Shown: piece by piece, positions 9,640 to 20,055 of the stretch | Layout of the letters: every line of letters begins with the position of its first letter | Numbering within the stretch: position 1 is the stretch's first letter | NCBI GenBank assembly: GCA_963842885.1 | Contig: CAWJIE010000003.1 | Location: forward strand, 480,001 to 544,000 | Origin: an uncultured Nitrososphaerota archaeon | GTDB taxonomy: Archaea > Thermoproteota > Nitrososphaeria > Conexivisphaerales > DTJL01 | DNA: 64,000 nucleotides | Direction: 5' to 3' | Notes under the pieces: generated by a model | What the model saw: only the letters and a program-made list of their open reading frames with translations | The model's database searches: none | What the model was told of the DNA's origin: nothing | Made by a program: the position numbers and the translations under genes

Positions 9640-10740
9640 TCAAATCACGCTGCGATATCTGATATTCAGGGCGTCGGCATATGCTAGAGCCTCCTCGAAT
9701 TCGGCGGCAGAAAGTCGCCTGCGCAGCCCGCTCAAGCGATCCTTCACCGGAACTAGGTAGTCAGGATGATACTGGTTCATTATGTTCACGAGCGCTCGGG
9801 GAAGGTTCTTTCCGAGCCACTCTAGGACGGGCTGGCCGCAGCAATCCCAGTGCCCCGGGAGAAGGAGCACCCGGACTACCATGTCACCGAACTGGTAGGC
9901 CTCAAGGTGATTTCGTGAGACGACTTCGAAGTATCCCTTCACGCAGGAGAGCTCCGAGGCGCAGCCGTCGTTGCCGTACTTGAAATCGGGGAGCCAGATG
10001 TCGACGATGTCCTTGATTATGTCCATCGACTCCTCCGAGAGATACATGTTGGAGTTCCAGAGCACGGGCACGTCCTGCTCCAGCTCCGATAGCGCGGAGA
10101 GGATGACTGGTATGTCGGGAGTGGGCTCCCCTCCCACCAAGTTGAAGTTCAGGCACCTTTCGGCGGAAAGCGCTTTCATCATGAGCGCAAGGCGCCCTCC
10201 ATCCACGGGGATGCCGTTGGACGCGTCCTGGGATATGTCGTGGTTCTGGCAGAAGACGCAACGAAAGTTGCAACCGGTGAAGAAGATGGTCCCCGAGCCG
10301 GTGCGGCCGGAGAGGGGCCGCTCCTCGCCGTGATGGAGGAAGAAGTTGGAGACCCTGGACTGGCTGGACAGGCAGCAGAAGCCCGTCTTCCTGTGGCGGT
10401 CCACCCCACACTTCCACTCGCACAGCGAGCAGCTCTCCAGAATCCTTTGAGCCAAGGCCACCTTCAAGTCCAGGTAGCTCCTCCCCCTCGTCGCTCGCTT
10501 CAGCCCACCGGGGAAACCTGCCTCCTGCTCCCGCAGCAAGCCCCGGAAGCAGGCTGCCGCCACCCTGTGAGAGTCGAGGAGAGACGGCAGGCCGTCCTCG
10601 GGCGAGAAGTCCACTTCGAGCCGCTTAGCCAGACGGTACCTTGGACGGTGGCGCCCCGACAGCACGGAGTAGTAATGAGGTAGGGCCTCCTGGGCCTCTC
10701 GATCTGTGCAGCTCGGGCCGAGCTCCTCCGGACGGCGCAA
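9640..10740 (-). CDS. Radical SAM protein, PflX family
   Basis: SGTIFFTGCNFRCVFCQNHDISQ, GGEPTP, WNSNMY, PDFKYGN. Confidence 0.88.
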   Translation of the reverse strand: MRRPEELGPSCTDREAQEALPHYYSVLSGRHRPRYRLAKRLEVDFSPEDGLPSLLDSHRVAAACFRGLLREQEAGFPGGLKRATRGRSYLDLKVALAQRILESCSLCEWKCGVDRHRKTGFCCLSSQSRVSNFFLHHGEERPLSGRTGSGTIFFTGCNFRCVFCQNHDISQDASNGIPVDGGRLALMMKALSAERCLNFNLVGGEPTPDIPVILSALSELEQDVPVLWNSNMYLSEESMDIIKDIVDIWLPDFKYGNDGCASELSCVKGYFEVVSRNHLEAYQFGDMVVRVLLLPGHWDCCGQPVLEWLGKNLPRALVNIMNQYHPDYLVPVKDRLSGLRRRLSAAEFEEALAYADALNIRYRSVI

Positions 10741-10840
10741 GTCAGTGTTCTAGTTCTCCCTCCTTGGTGATATGTGTTGCCGGACCGCACGCCGGGAAAG
10801 CTTATCTTGCCTTGGCTACTCCTACAGCCTGAGTGAGACG

Positions 10841-11356
10841 TTGGAGTTCTTCGACCTCATCCAGAAGAGGCACTCCATCCGCGCGTACAGCTCTAGGCAC
10901 ATAGAGGAAGAGAAGCTGAACCGGATAATGGATGCCATCAGCTCTGCACCGTCAGCGGGAAACCTCCAGGCCTATGAAGTGTTCGTCGTGAAGAGCGAAG
11001 CCAAGAAGAGGGCGCTGGCGCGGGCAGCGTTCGATCAGGACTTCATAATCCAGGCGCCCGTCTGCTTGGTGTTCTTCGCCAACCCTCGACGGTCATCGGT
11101 CAGGTATGGCTCAAGAGGGGAGACGCTTTACTCCGTGCAGGACGCCACGATAGCCGCCACGTTCGCCATGCTGGCCGCCGTGGACCTCGGCCTGTCGACG
11201 GTGTGGCTGGGGGCATTCGATGATGATGAAGTCGCGGAGATCTTCGCCGCGGAGACGCTGCACCCCGTGGCCATACTTCCCATAGCCTACCCTGCAGAAG
11301 AGCCCATGGTGACCTCCAGGCGCCCCCCTGAAGACGTCTTCCATCCCGTAGGGTGA
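10841..11356 (+). CDS. Nitroreductase family protein
   Basis: RHSIRAY, APSAGNLQ, GLSTVWLGAF; start uncertain (ORF open from 10772). Confidence 0.88.
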   Translation: MEFFDLIQKRHSIRAYSSRHIEEEKLNRIMDAISSAPSAGNLQAYEVFVVKSEAKKRALARAAFDQDFIIQAPVCLVFFANPRRSSVRYGSRGETLYSVQDATIAATFAMLAAVDLGLSTVWLGAFDDDEVAEIFAAETLHPVAILPIAYPAEEPMVTSRRPPEDVFHPVG

Positions 11357-11526
11357 TCCGCCGCGAGCCGCAAGCGGCATATGTCGTAGCCCTAAGTCTT
11401 CTTTGACAGGAGCTCCTTTATCTCCTTGAGCTCGGAGAGCATCTACTGGCCGACGTCGTCAGCGGCGGGCTTCGGCGCTGAAAAGAGCGGCCTCCCACCA
11501 AAACAGCCGGTCGGCCATCCGGCGAA

Positions 11527-13044
11527 TCAGAAGTCGGGGACCTCCTTCAGGAGCATCCCCTCCACTAGGACGGGGGTTCTCCCTTCGGCGATGGACACGG
11601 CCTGGGAGAGCTTCGAGGTACGCTCCGCGTATATCTCCAGGAGCAGGTCGCCTCTTGCGACCCTGTACCCCTGCTTGGCATGGAGGAGCACCCCTGCCCC
11701 CTGCTCTTGGGGGGCCCCAGCCGCCCTCGCGACGTCCGCTATCCCTTGGTTGTCAACGAGTGTAATGTAACCGTCGCTGGGCGATAGCATCCGGTACACC
11801 TCTCCTCCCACCCCTATGTCGTCGGGCTTCACGTCTCTCTTCCCTCCCTGTGTCTCGACGATTGAAAGGAACCTTTCGAGGGCCGTCCTCTTATGGAGCA
11901 GCTCCAGCGCCGCCGCCGTGCCGCTTCCCCTTGGGGCCTTGCCCGTCGATTCCAAGAGGAGGCCTGCGATGGAGGCAGACTTCAGGACCAAGCTCTTGGA
12001 GTTGTCGTCTGGGGACATGAGGGCGGAGAGCGCCTCCCTGGCCTCCAAGGCTGGTCCGATGGCCCTCCCCACCGGTTGCCCGCCGTAGGTGATGCCGCAC
12101 TTGACTTGTATCCCAAGGCGCTGGCCCAGCTCGATGAAGCTCGACGCCAGCCTCTCCGCTTCTGGCACGTCGGCCACCTTGGCGCCCCTGCCAGCGGGGA
12201 CGTCCAGCACCATGTGCTTCGCGCCCACAGCGCACTTCTTCGCCATGATGCTGGCCAGCATCTGGCTCTTCGGGTCGATCCGCAGTGGGTACTCGATCCT
12301 GATGAAGATATCGTCGGCCGGGGCTATGTTGAGCGAGCCTCCCCACACGATGCAGCCGTTGACCTTCGTGACCATCTCCTCCACCTCTTTGAGAGAGAAC
12401 TTCACGTTCGCCAGGACGCTCATGGTGTCAGCCGTCCCCGAGGGGCTAGTGATGGCCCTGCTACTCGTCTTGGGGATGTAGAGGCCCGACGCCGCGACTA
12501 TGGGCACCACCAGCAGCGAAATCTTGTTGCCCGGAACGCCCCCAATGCTGTGCTTGTCGACCACCGTCCCCGGGAGGCTGAGCGTCTCCCCCGTCGCCAC
12601 CATGGCGCGCGTAAGGGCCTCCGTCTCGTCCATGGTTAGGCCCTTGAAATGGGACGCGAACAGGAATGAGGCCACCTCGAGATCGCTGAGGTTGTAAGCG
12701 ACGACGTCCTGCACGATGGAGGATATCTCCTCGGCTGACAACGCCCCTCCCGAGATCTTCTTCTTGATGAACTGGATGCTCATGGGCATCGCCGCCAGCT
12801 CTATCTCCACCAACTCGCCGTTGGACACGCCCAGTGCCTTGGCCGAGTCCCTGTAGAGGCCGATGCTCCCCTGGGGGACGAGCGAACGGGAGGTTTCTAC
12901 GATGACGTTCAGGGTGGAGGCGCCCCGGCGGAGCGTGACCCTGTCGGAGAGCAGGATGCTCAGGCTGCGGGCGTCCGTGTCGTTGAGCACGACGGAGCTC
13001 CTCCCAGAGGTCAGGTCCATCACCAGGGCCTTGAGAGCGTTCAC
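11527..13044 (-). CDS. AMP phosphorylase (archaeal thymidine phosphorylase family)
   Basis: DKHSIGGVPGNK, PKTSSRAITSPSGTADTM; N-terminal extension typical of AMPpase. Confidence 0.92.
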   Translation of the reverse strand: MNALKALVMDLTSGRSSVVLNDTDARSLSILLSDRVTLRRGASTLNVIVETSRSLVPQGSIGLYRDSAKALGVSNGELVEIELAAMPMSIQFIKKKISGGALSAEEISSIVQDVVAYNLSDLEVASFLFASHFKGLTMDETEALTRAMVATGETLSLPGTVVDKHSIGGVPGNKISLLVVPIVAASGLYIPKTSSRAITSPSGTADTMSVLANVKFSLKEVEEMVTKVNGCIVWGGSLNIAPADDIFIRIEYPLRIDPKSQMLASIMAKKCAVGAKHMVLDVPAGRGAKVADVPEAERLASSFIELGQRLGIQVKCGITYGGQPVGRAIGPALEAREALSALMSPDDNSKSLVLKSASIAGLLLESTGKAPRGSGTAAALELLHKRTALERFLSIVETQGGKRDVKPDDIGVGGEVYRMLSPSDGYITLVDNQGIADVARAAGAPQEQGAGVLLHAKQGYRVARGDLLLEIYAERTSKLSQAVSIAEGRTPVLVEGMLLKEVPDF

Positions 13045-13279
13045 GGCGACGATTCCCTGTCCGCCTTGTTTAAGCGTTGCTGAGGCCGAGAGGGGCCGAT
13101 GTTTGGAGGTATCCTCAGGCGCGCCACCGGTCGAACGAAAGGAAGGAGACCCTCCCTCCCTTCACCCTCGCGATAGGGAACCGTTTGCGGACGGCGGTGG
13201 CCAGCCTCCCCGAAAGCATGGAAGTCGCGGTGAGTGCGCGAATGGGAGTCTCTCCGCCGTCCGGTCTGCGAGACACGCG

Positions 13280-14023
13280 TCACGCGGAGAGTCGGAAGTT
13301 CACCTGGTTGCGCAAATCGTCCTTGGCTGCCTTGGAGAGGCTCAATCCTTTGCCCGTCAGGTACGAGTCCAGGCTCGCCTGCGTAACCCTGCGAAGCTGA
13401 TTCAGCCTGCACCAATCGATAACGTCGTCGACCAGTTTCGGCACGAGCTCCTCGTCCTTTCGCAGCATGCTCTCCTCCACTATCTTGTTAATCCTAATCA
13501 TACGCATCTTCAGCTCCGGGTTCTCCGAAAAGGTGCCGGCGACGCCCAGCGACTTCCAGAACTCATACGCCACCTCGTCCAAGGGGGGCGTCTTGTCGCG
13601 GCCGTAGGTGTTAGCCGCGAACTTGAGGATATCCTTGGCTACCTCTTCGTCGGTCTTGGTTATCCATGCGCCCTTCGATTCCTTCCTGCTCCACCAGTCG
13701 GCGGTCTTCACGTAGGAATACACCGCTCCGTCCTTGGCCCAGGAAAGCTCGATGAACCCAAGCTCCTGTGAGTGAGAGCCGCTCCCCCATGCGGTGCTGA
13801 TGACTAGGCAAGGGGCCCCGGCCTCCCTTGCGACGTCTATGAACGCCTTCCAGTCATCGTTACTCTCGTCCCAGCGAAACAGGATTGCCGATCCTTCAGA
13901 AGCACGCGCCCCGACGAAAGTCTTGAGGTCCAAGGTCACCGCGTAAGTGGAGATCTCTTCATAGATGTCGTTGATGTCCATCTTCGGAATCGTCAAGTGT
14001 ACCGGCTCAACCTCGGTCGTCAA
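13280..14023 (-). CDS. Hypothetical protein
   Basis: 247-aa ORF with coding-like composition and TATA-like cttata upstream. Confidence 0.7.
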   Translation of the reverse strand: MTTEVEPVHLTIPKMDINDIYEEISTYAVTLDLKTFVGARASEGSAILFRWDESNDDWKAFIDVAREAGAPCLVISTAWGSGSHSQELGFIELSWAKDGAVYSYVKTADWWSRKESKGAWITKTDEEVAKDILKFAANTYGRDKTPPLDEVAYEFWKSLGVAGTFSENPELKMRMIRINKIVEESMLRKDEELVPKLVDDVIDWCRLNQLRRVTQASLDSYLTGKGLSLSKAAKDDLRNQVNFRLSA

Positions 14024-14171
14024 CTAGCGAAACGACGATATAAGCTATGATGCTCACGACTCTGCGACGCCGGGGTTCCGCTCGTCAGACATAGTAGAGC
14101 AAACAGGCTTTGCTAGGTGGTTGGATGAGAGCCAGCACGAACCCCGATCGACCCCAGGCTTCAGTCCTGAA

Positions 14172-14209
14172 GATATCGCAATTTCGTCCAGCAGCAACAG
14201 ATATCCAAA
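14172..14209 (+). repeat. Repeat family D copy 1
   Basis: gatatcgcaatttcgtccagcagcaacagatatccaaa; similar copies at 29667 and 30399. Confidence 0.75.
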
Positions 14210-14367
14210 GGTACCATTCTATCCCCATTTGTAGAACATCTCCGATCCGCTATCATTGATTCGTCGATGACGACGCCCGTCGAAGCCGCAACGAGCAAAG
14301 CACAATCTCACGAAAGTTGTCTCGGGGATTCAATATCCTCTGCTTCGCCTTTGGACTGATTCGCGGG

Positions 14368-14886
14368 TCATTTCGTCCCCTCGAGCACCTTGGCAAGGCG
14401 CGTCTTGGCGGTGCGGTTAGTCAGCGGGCCGCTGGCGAGCGAAGTGTTGCTGATTACGACTATGGCGCCATCCGCAGCCTGGACCCACGTGCTCCTGAAA
14501 CCCATCTTGACAACCTTGCCCTTGATTCCGCTGTACTCTATTTCGTCTCCCAAGCGAAGTACGTTGTCGTGAAACATTAGGAGGCCTGAGATGATGTTCG
14601 AGAGTGTGGTCTGGAGCGCCAACGACATCGCCAAACCTGCCACCCCCGAAATCGTGAGCGTGGTGAATTCGGAGGTCAGTCCGGTGAACCTTGCGATGCC
14701 CGTTATGGCGGCAGCGACCATCAAGACGCTCAACCCCTCTCTTATGTCCCGGACTATCGCTGGAGCCACGCCGGCCTTACTCGCCAATCTAGTGATGATC
14801 CTGATGGCGACCTCTCCAACAGCAAAGGTCGCGGCAGCGATGAATATGATGCCTGCTGCCGTCAGGACAAGTGTGTCAACCATCAT
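14368..14886 (-). CDS. Small-conductance mechanosensitive channel (short MscS)
   Basis: 3 TMs, LALQTTLSNIISG, LGDEIE, GKV..MGFRST. Confidence 0.85.
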   Translation of the reverse strand: MMVDTLVLTAAGIIFIAAATFAVGEVAIRIITRLASKAGVAPAIVRDIREGLSVLMVAAAITGIARFTGLTSEFTTLTISGVAGLAMSLALQTTLSNIISGLLMFHDNVLRLGDEIEYSGIKGKVVKMGFRSTWVQAADGAIVVISNTSLASGPLTNRTAKTRLAKVLEGTK

Positions 14887-15274
14887 TCATTTCGACGTGA
14901 CGACGGTATGTTAAACCTTTGGCAATTCCGCTTGGTAAGTCACTGTGCATGATTACCTATGGCGAGTCGGCTATACCTGCTGTCGAGTCGATGACTGAAT
15001 AGGAGGGCCCGGGCCAACTAGTATGCAATCAATGTATTGAATGAATGCATGGTGACGGGTCGTAGGATGGTGCCTCGGAGCGAGTATTCTCCGTCTCGGC
15101 CTCGTCGGCTTGGAGCTTCGCCATTTCTTCCGTATTCATTGGGGACCGCGTGAATCCTCTGGCCGAGTGAAGCTGGCGCGGGTATCGCAAGCCCATGAGA
15201 CACCTGAGGGGAGGCTCTCTCACTGAAAACCCTTAAGAAGACTGCAGGTGGAACCCAGAAATCTGTAGCTCGGC

Positions 15275-16684
15275 TTGCAGTACAAGTACACAGTCCTGAC
15301 GAACACCACTATAGGCGCCTTCATGGCGCAGCTCGACGGCAACATAGTGCTGATATCGCTGCCCTCCATCATACGAGACCTGCCGAACACCTCCACCATC
15401 GACGGCATCTGGATCATAATGGGCTACGTCCTAGTGTCCGCTACGCTGCTGCTCACCATCGGCCGCCTAGGCGACGTATTCGGGCGCGTGAGGCTCTACA
15501 ACGCCGGCTTCGCCGTGTTCACCATCGGCTCAGGCCTCTGCAGCCTCGCGCCCAACGGTCTCGACCTCGTCCTCTTCCGCCTTGTGCAAGGGGTGGGAGG
15601 GGCCCTGATATTCGCCAACAACGCCGCCCTGCTGACCGACGCCTTCGAGGTGACCGAGAGGGGCAGGGCCATCGGCATCAACCAGGTCGCCGGCGTCTCC
15701 GGCTCGGTGATAGGCCTCGTGGCGGGCGGGGCGCTGACGGAGGCCTTGGGTTGGAGGTCCATCTTCTGGATCAACCTCCCTGTGGGCGCCTTCGCCACAG
15801 TCTGGGCCTACGCAAGGCTAAAGGAGAAGGGCACGCTCTCCAAGAACAGGAGGCTCGACCCGCTGGGCAACCTCCTCTTCGCCTTCGGCCTCTCTTTGTT
15901 CCTCCTGGGCATGAGCCTAGGGGCACTAACTGGCTGGAGCCTGACGGACGTGTACGTGATGGTAGCCGGGCTCGTCATGCTATTCGCCTTCGTGGTGGTC
16001 GAAAGGAGAGCCTCCAGCCCCATGATGGACCTTTCCCTGTTCAAGAATCGGGCCTTCTCCGCCGGAATCTTCAGCAACCTCCTCGCCTCTGTGGCCAGGG
16101 GCGGCGTCAGCCTCGTGCTGGTCTTCTACTTCCAGGGCGCCCTTCTCATGGACGCCCTCACGGCAGGCGTATTGCTCATCCCCTTCTCTCTGGCCTTCGT
16201 GGGGGCGGGGCCACTTAGCGGCTACCTCTCCGACCGCTACGGGGCCCGTGGCTTCAGCACGGCGGGCCTCCTCACTTCGGCCGCCGCCATGTTCCTGTTC
16301 TCCACCCTCCCAGGCAACGTCCCCTACTCGGTCCTCGTAATCCCGATGATATTGGCTGGCGTGGGAGGTGGCATGTTCGTCGCCCCCAACATCGCTTCTA
16401 TAATGAACGCCGTGCCGGTGGCACGCCGGGGCGTGGCTTCGGGGATGTCTTCGACGCTAGTCAACACCGGCTTCCTCCTCAGCCTGGGGATGTGCTTCGC
16501 CGTCATGGCCGCAACCATGCCGCTGGGCGTGCTCCAGGCCATCTTCGCGGGGCTCCCCGTCGCGTCGGGGGCCGTAGACCTAGGCCTGTTCGTGAGCTCC
16601 ATGCATGAGATCTTTGTCGTGATGGCCGCCCTCAGCCTCGTCGCGGCCTTCGCGTCGTCCCTGAGGGGACCCAAACCCAGCTGA
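15275..16684 (+). CDS. MFS drug:H+ antiporter (DHA2-type)
   Basis: GRLGDVFGR motif A, many TMs, WRSIFWINLP. Confidence 0.92.
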   Translation: MQYKYTVLTNTTIGAFMAQLDGNIVLISLPSIIRDLPNTSTIDGIWIIMGYVLVSATLLLTIGRLGDVFGRVRLYNAGFAVFTIGSGLCSLAPNGLDLVLFRLVQGVGGALIFANNAALLTDAFEVTERGRAIGINQVAGVSGSVIGLVAGGALTEALGWRSIFWINLPVGAFATVWAYARLKEKGTLSKNRRLDPLGNLLFAFGLSLFLLGMSLGALTGWSLTDVYVMVAGLVMLFAFVVVERRASSPMMDLSLFKNRAFSAGIFSNLLASVARGGVSLVLVFYFQGALLMDALTAGVLLIPFSLAFVGAGPLSGYLSDRYGARGFSTAGLLTSAAAMFLFSTLPGNVPYSVLVIPMILAGVGGGMFVAPNIASIMNAVPVARRGVASGMSSTLVNTGFLLSLGMCFAVMAATMPLGVLQAIFAGLPVASGAVDLGLFVSSMHEIFVVMAALSLVAAFASSLRGPKPS

Positions 16685-16738
16685 CGGCAATTCCTTCTAG
16701 AAATAGGATTAAGAGGCAGTGCTTCACAATACAAGTCG

Positions 16739-17170
16739 ATGAGCTTCAGCGCCAAGGACCTGGCCGAGAGAGATTTCGTCAGCCTGACTAGGGAGGCGAG
16801 CGTCCTCGAAGCAGCCCGTGCCATGAGGGCTAGGAAGCACGGTTACGTAGTCATTCTGTCCCAGGACGGCACCCCGGAGGGCATCGCGACTGAATGGGAT
16901 TTCCTAGCCAAGGTTGTCGCAGAAGGGCGTGACCCTTCCACGACGAGGCTGGGGGAAATCATGAGCACCGCCCTTGTGACCGTCAAAGCGAAGGACACCT
17001 TCCAAGAGGTCGCGCAGCTCATGGTCCAGAAGGGGATCAGGCGGGTCCTCGTGCTCGACGACGGGAAGGTGTTGGGAATCATAACTGCCAAGATAGTGCT
17101 CTCGAGGCTGAAAGATTACGTCGATAGGGTTTCCTCCCAGATCGCTAGGATGCAGTCGCCTCCTCTGTGA
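16739..17170 (+). CDS. CBS domain pair protein
   Basis: Two CBS repeats (GIATEWD, IMS, GIRRVLV, GIIT). Confidence 0.9.
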   Translation: MSFSAKDLAERDFVSLTREASVLEAARAMRARKHGYVVILSQDGTPEGIATEWDFLAKVVAEGRDPSTTRLGEIMSTALVTVKAKDTFQEVAQLMVQKGIRRVLVLDDGKVLGIITAKIVLSRLKDYVDRVSSQIARMQSPPL

Positions 17171-17576
17171 CATCTGGTTTGTCTTCTCCCGGAGCAACGG
17201 AAGATCCGGCCCGCCACGGTATAGAGGATTGCCCTAGCCCCGGCCTTGGCGCCCCCTTGAGCAAGCCGTGTATCTGATGGAGATTCGTGTTGCGATGTGA
17301 TGACGGGTATCGTGCCGGGGCTGGTCAACCTCAGGATACTCGGGACGTAGGGGGAGAGAGATACTGTGGAATCAGAGATGAACAGGCGTCTACCGATGAT
17401 GACTATACGCAAGGTCCAGTAAGCGATTCTTGGGTCTAAAGTCACCGCCCAATCGTGCATCAGTTCGCGCGTGCTGGGTCAGCGCCGAGGGGTGCCCCGA
17501 CTTCAGCTGCGGGAATGGATGGGAGAAGCACAGGAGAGACTGGAGGCCGGTTCCCTGCTTCATCCCGGATGTCCCG

Positions 17577-18450
17577 TTATGGTGCCTTGCGCTGCGTTCC
17601 AGGAATGTGGATATAGAACCGCTCTGCTATCAAACATGGGACGAGCGCGTAGATAGATCCGCCTATCAGGTCAATGAGGTAGTGCTGGCCCAGGTACAGC
17701 GTGGAGAACAGGATTCCCACTGTAATCGGAATGGCAAACAGCGCCAACCTTCTGTCCAGCTTGATCATGAAATATGAGAAGATGATCGCGTACGCTGCGT
17801 GCAGGCTTGGGAAGGCCGCGAACTTGTCGGCCTCGACGAGCGATTGGATCGATATGACTCCCCGCGGGAGCACAGATACGTATGCGCTCTGGTACAGGTT
17901 GGCCGCCACCCCTTGATACCACGGGGGCGCTGTCGCCACTAGGCATGAACGTGACGAGCGCAGCGTATGAAGTCAGCACCATAGCCGTCATGTATTTACC
18001 GAAGAGCGGCCTCTTCGCGTACCAGATTATGAGTGAGGTCGCGATGATGAGAGGAAAGTGCAGTGTGTAGAAGAACGCCGTAACCGCGGTCATGGCAGGA
18101 GACTTGAATGCTGTTTGTATCCATCCCGTCACGTCGAACCCCCAAATCATCTTGTCAACGTTGTAAATCGCGAAGATGCCTTTGGACGCCGCCAGGGAGC
18201 CTACAATCCCTTGGAGCGCTTCATATGAGAGGAGAATCGAGATGAAAGGAACCCAGTACTTCGCCATTCCTCTTGAAGAGCCAAGGAGGGCGATGATGGG
18301 CACCGCGGCCAGGAAGAAAAGCGTCGGGACTAGTCCTAGCAGCTCCCCGTATACCAGATAATAGGACAGGACGCCTACCGAGTACGCTAGCGGGAACAGA
18401 ATGTAGAGATTGCTACGCAGGTGGACGCGTCCAAGCGTGCGAACAAACAA
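17577..18450 (-). pseudogene. PAP2/Aur1-like membrane phosphoesterase, frameshifted near 17940
   Basis: N-half (FYTLHF) in one frame; TAPPW, AAFPSLHAA and YLGQHYLIDL in another. Confidence 0.8.
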
Positions 18451-18597
18451 CCGTTTAGGAGGTTCTTGAATCTCCTTCTCTCCGACCTTCGTCTGTACCA
18501 GCTCCGTGCCTCTTGTTCAAAAGCCTCCTCCAACGCCACATATAAATTCATGCACCTGTCCCATGCCCGCTGCGTTCGTCAATGGGCAATGAGGCCT

Positions 18598-19920
18598 TCA
18601 TCCAACCGATTTCCTCTCTCGATGAGCCCTGACGAACTCCTCCGTGAGGGCCACGAACTTATCGACGTCCTCCCTGCTGTGGGCGAAAGAGATGGCCATG
18701 TGGGGGCTCTGCGGCGTCATGTAGGCCACGCCGTTCCTCACCATATGGTCAAAGAGACCCCTATGCAGAATCCCATCCTTCGTCCTGGAGGCCGATTCGC
18801 CATCCACCGGCATCTCCTTCGTGACATGGAGGCCGAACATCGAGCCCAAGCCGGTGACGTAGGCTTCGAAATGGTTCTCGCTGAAGACCTCGGCGATACC
18901 CTTCCTGGCCCGTTCGCCTAGGGAATCGATGAAGGGATATACCTCCTCCCTCCTCCTCTGGAGCTCGCTTATCACTGTGTGCCCAGCCCTCATGGTGAGC
19001 GCGTTGCCCGTGTAGGTCCCCCCGAGGAACGATCGCTCCCAGAACTTCGTCCTCTTCGTCTGGTCCAGCAGGTCCATGATTTCGGAGCTGCCGCAGAAAC
19101 CTCCAGCGCCGCCGAAGTACTGGCCTCCAACGGCCTTCCCCAAGGTCGTCAGGTCGGGCCTGACCCCGAAGTATCTCTGCAGGCCGCCCGGATGCCGGAA
19201 TCCCGTCACGACCTCGTCAAAGACCAGAAGGGAAGCCGTCCTGTCGCAGGTCTCCCTCAGGCCCTTTAGGAAGTCCGCCTGCGCAGGGATGGCCCCAGCC
19301 GACCCCAGCATCGGTTCCACGATGATGCAGGCCAGCTCCTTCCCCCTGACCGCCTTCGCGGCCCCTTCGAGGTCGTTGAAGGGAAGCAAGACTGTGTCTC
19401 CCATGCTTGGCAACCCGAGGGAGGCGGGCTTGTCGTATGGGTAGCTGACGGCCTTGTGCAGCTCGTCGGAGCCGCCGTGCCAGCCTCCGAATACCTTGCC
19501 CACCTTCCTCCTTTTCGTGTACGCCCTCGCCAGCCTCACGGCGTACATGTTGGCCTCGGTTCCGCTGTTGGCTGGCTTCACCTTCTCCGCGCCGAACCAC
19601 TTGCAGACCGACTCGGACCACTCCACCTCCCATTCGTTGCAGAAACCCATGTGAGCTCCATATTGCAGCTGATCTCGGACGGCCTCGACTACGGGCTCGT
19701 AGCCGTGGCCCAGTATGGCGGCGAAATGAGCCATCCAGAAGTCGATGTATTCGTTCCCGTCGACGTCCCAGACCCTGCTCCCTCTAGCCCGACGAATGTA
19801 GAACGGATAGGGTTCGAAGTACCGTATGGAGTACGTCGCTCCCCCGGGTATGTACCTGCGGGCCTTCTCGAACAGCGCCTTGGAGCCCGGCGTCCTCTCC
19901 TCGTAGCTCAAAGCCTTCAC
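18598..19920 (-). CDS. Class III aminotransferase (glutamate-1-semialdehyde aminomutase-like)
   Basis: WDVDGNEYID, NSGTEA, FDEVVTGFR, TLGK; start placed at GTG 19920. Confidence 0.88.
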   Translation of the reverse strand: MKALSYEERTPGSKALFEKARRYIPGGATYSIRYFEPYPFYIRRARGSRVWDVDGNEYIDFWMAHFAAILGHGYEPVVEAVRDQLQYGAHMGFCNEWEVEWSESVCKWFGAEKVKPANSGTEANMYAVRLARAYTKRRKVGKVFGGWHGGSDELHKAVSYPYDKPASLGLPSMGDTVLLPFNDLEGAAKAVRGKELACIIVEPMLGSAGAIPAQADFLKGLRETCDRTASLLVFDEVVTGFRHPGGLQRYFGVRPDLTTLGKAVGGQYFGGAGGFCGSSEIMDLLDQTKRTKFWERSFLGGTYTGNALTMRAGHTVISELQRRREEVYPFIDSLGERARKGIAEVFSENHFEAYVTGLGSMFGLHVTKEMPVDGESASRTKDGILHRGLFDHMVRNGVAYMTPQSPHMAISFAHSREDVDKFVALTEEFVRAHRERKSVG

Positions 19921-20055
19921 CTTAGGGGAGCTGGGAAGGCGTGAAGAGTTAAACTTTGCAAGAGAACGAACGGGCCGGAGGACTCCGTCGTCGACGAGGG
20001 AGGACGCCATTCTTGGTGCAACGTTTTTCCGTCACCTTCTCCCTCCGAAGAGTTC

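Noticed and set aside
11527-13044. Complete AMP/RuBisCO salvage operon
   Set aside because: No ribose-1,5-bisphosphate isomerase or RuBisCO in the window; these genes are commonly unlinked.
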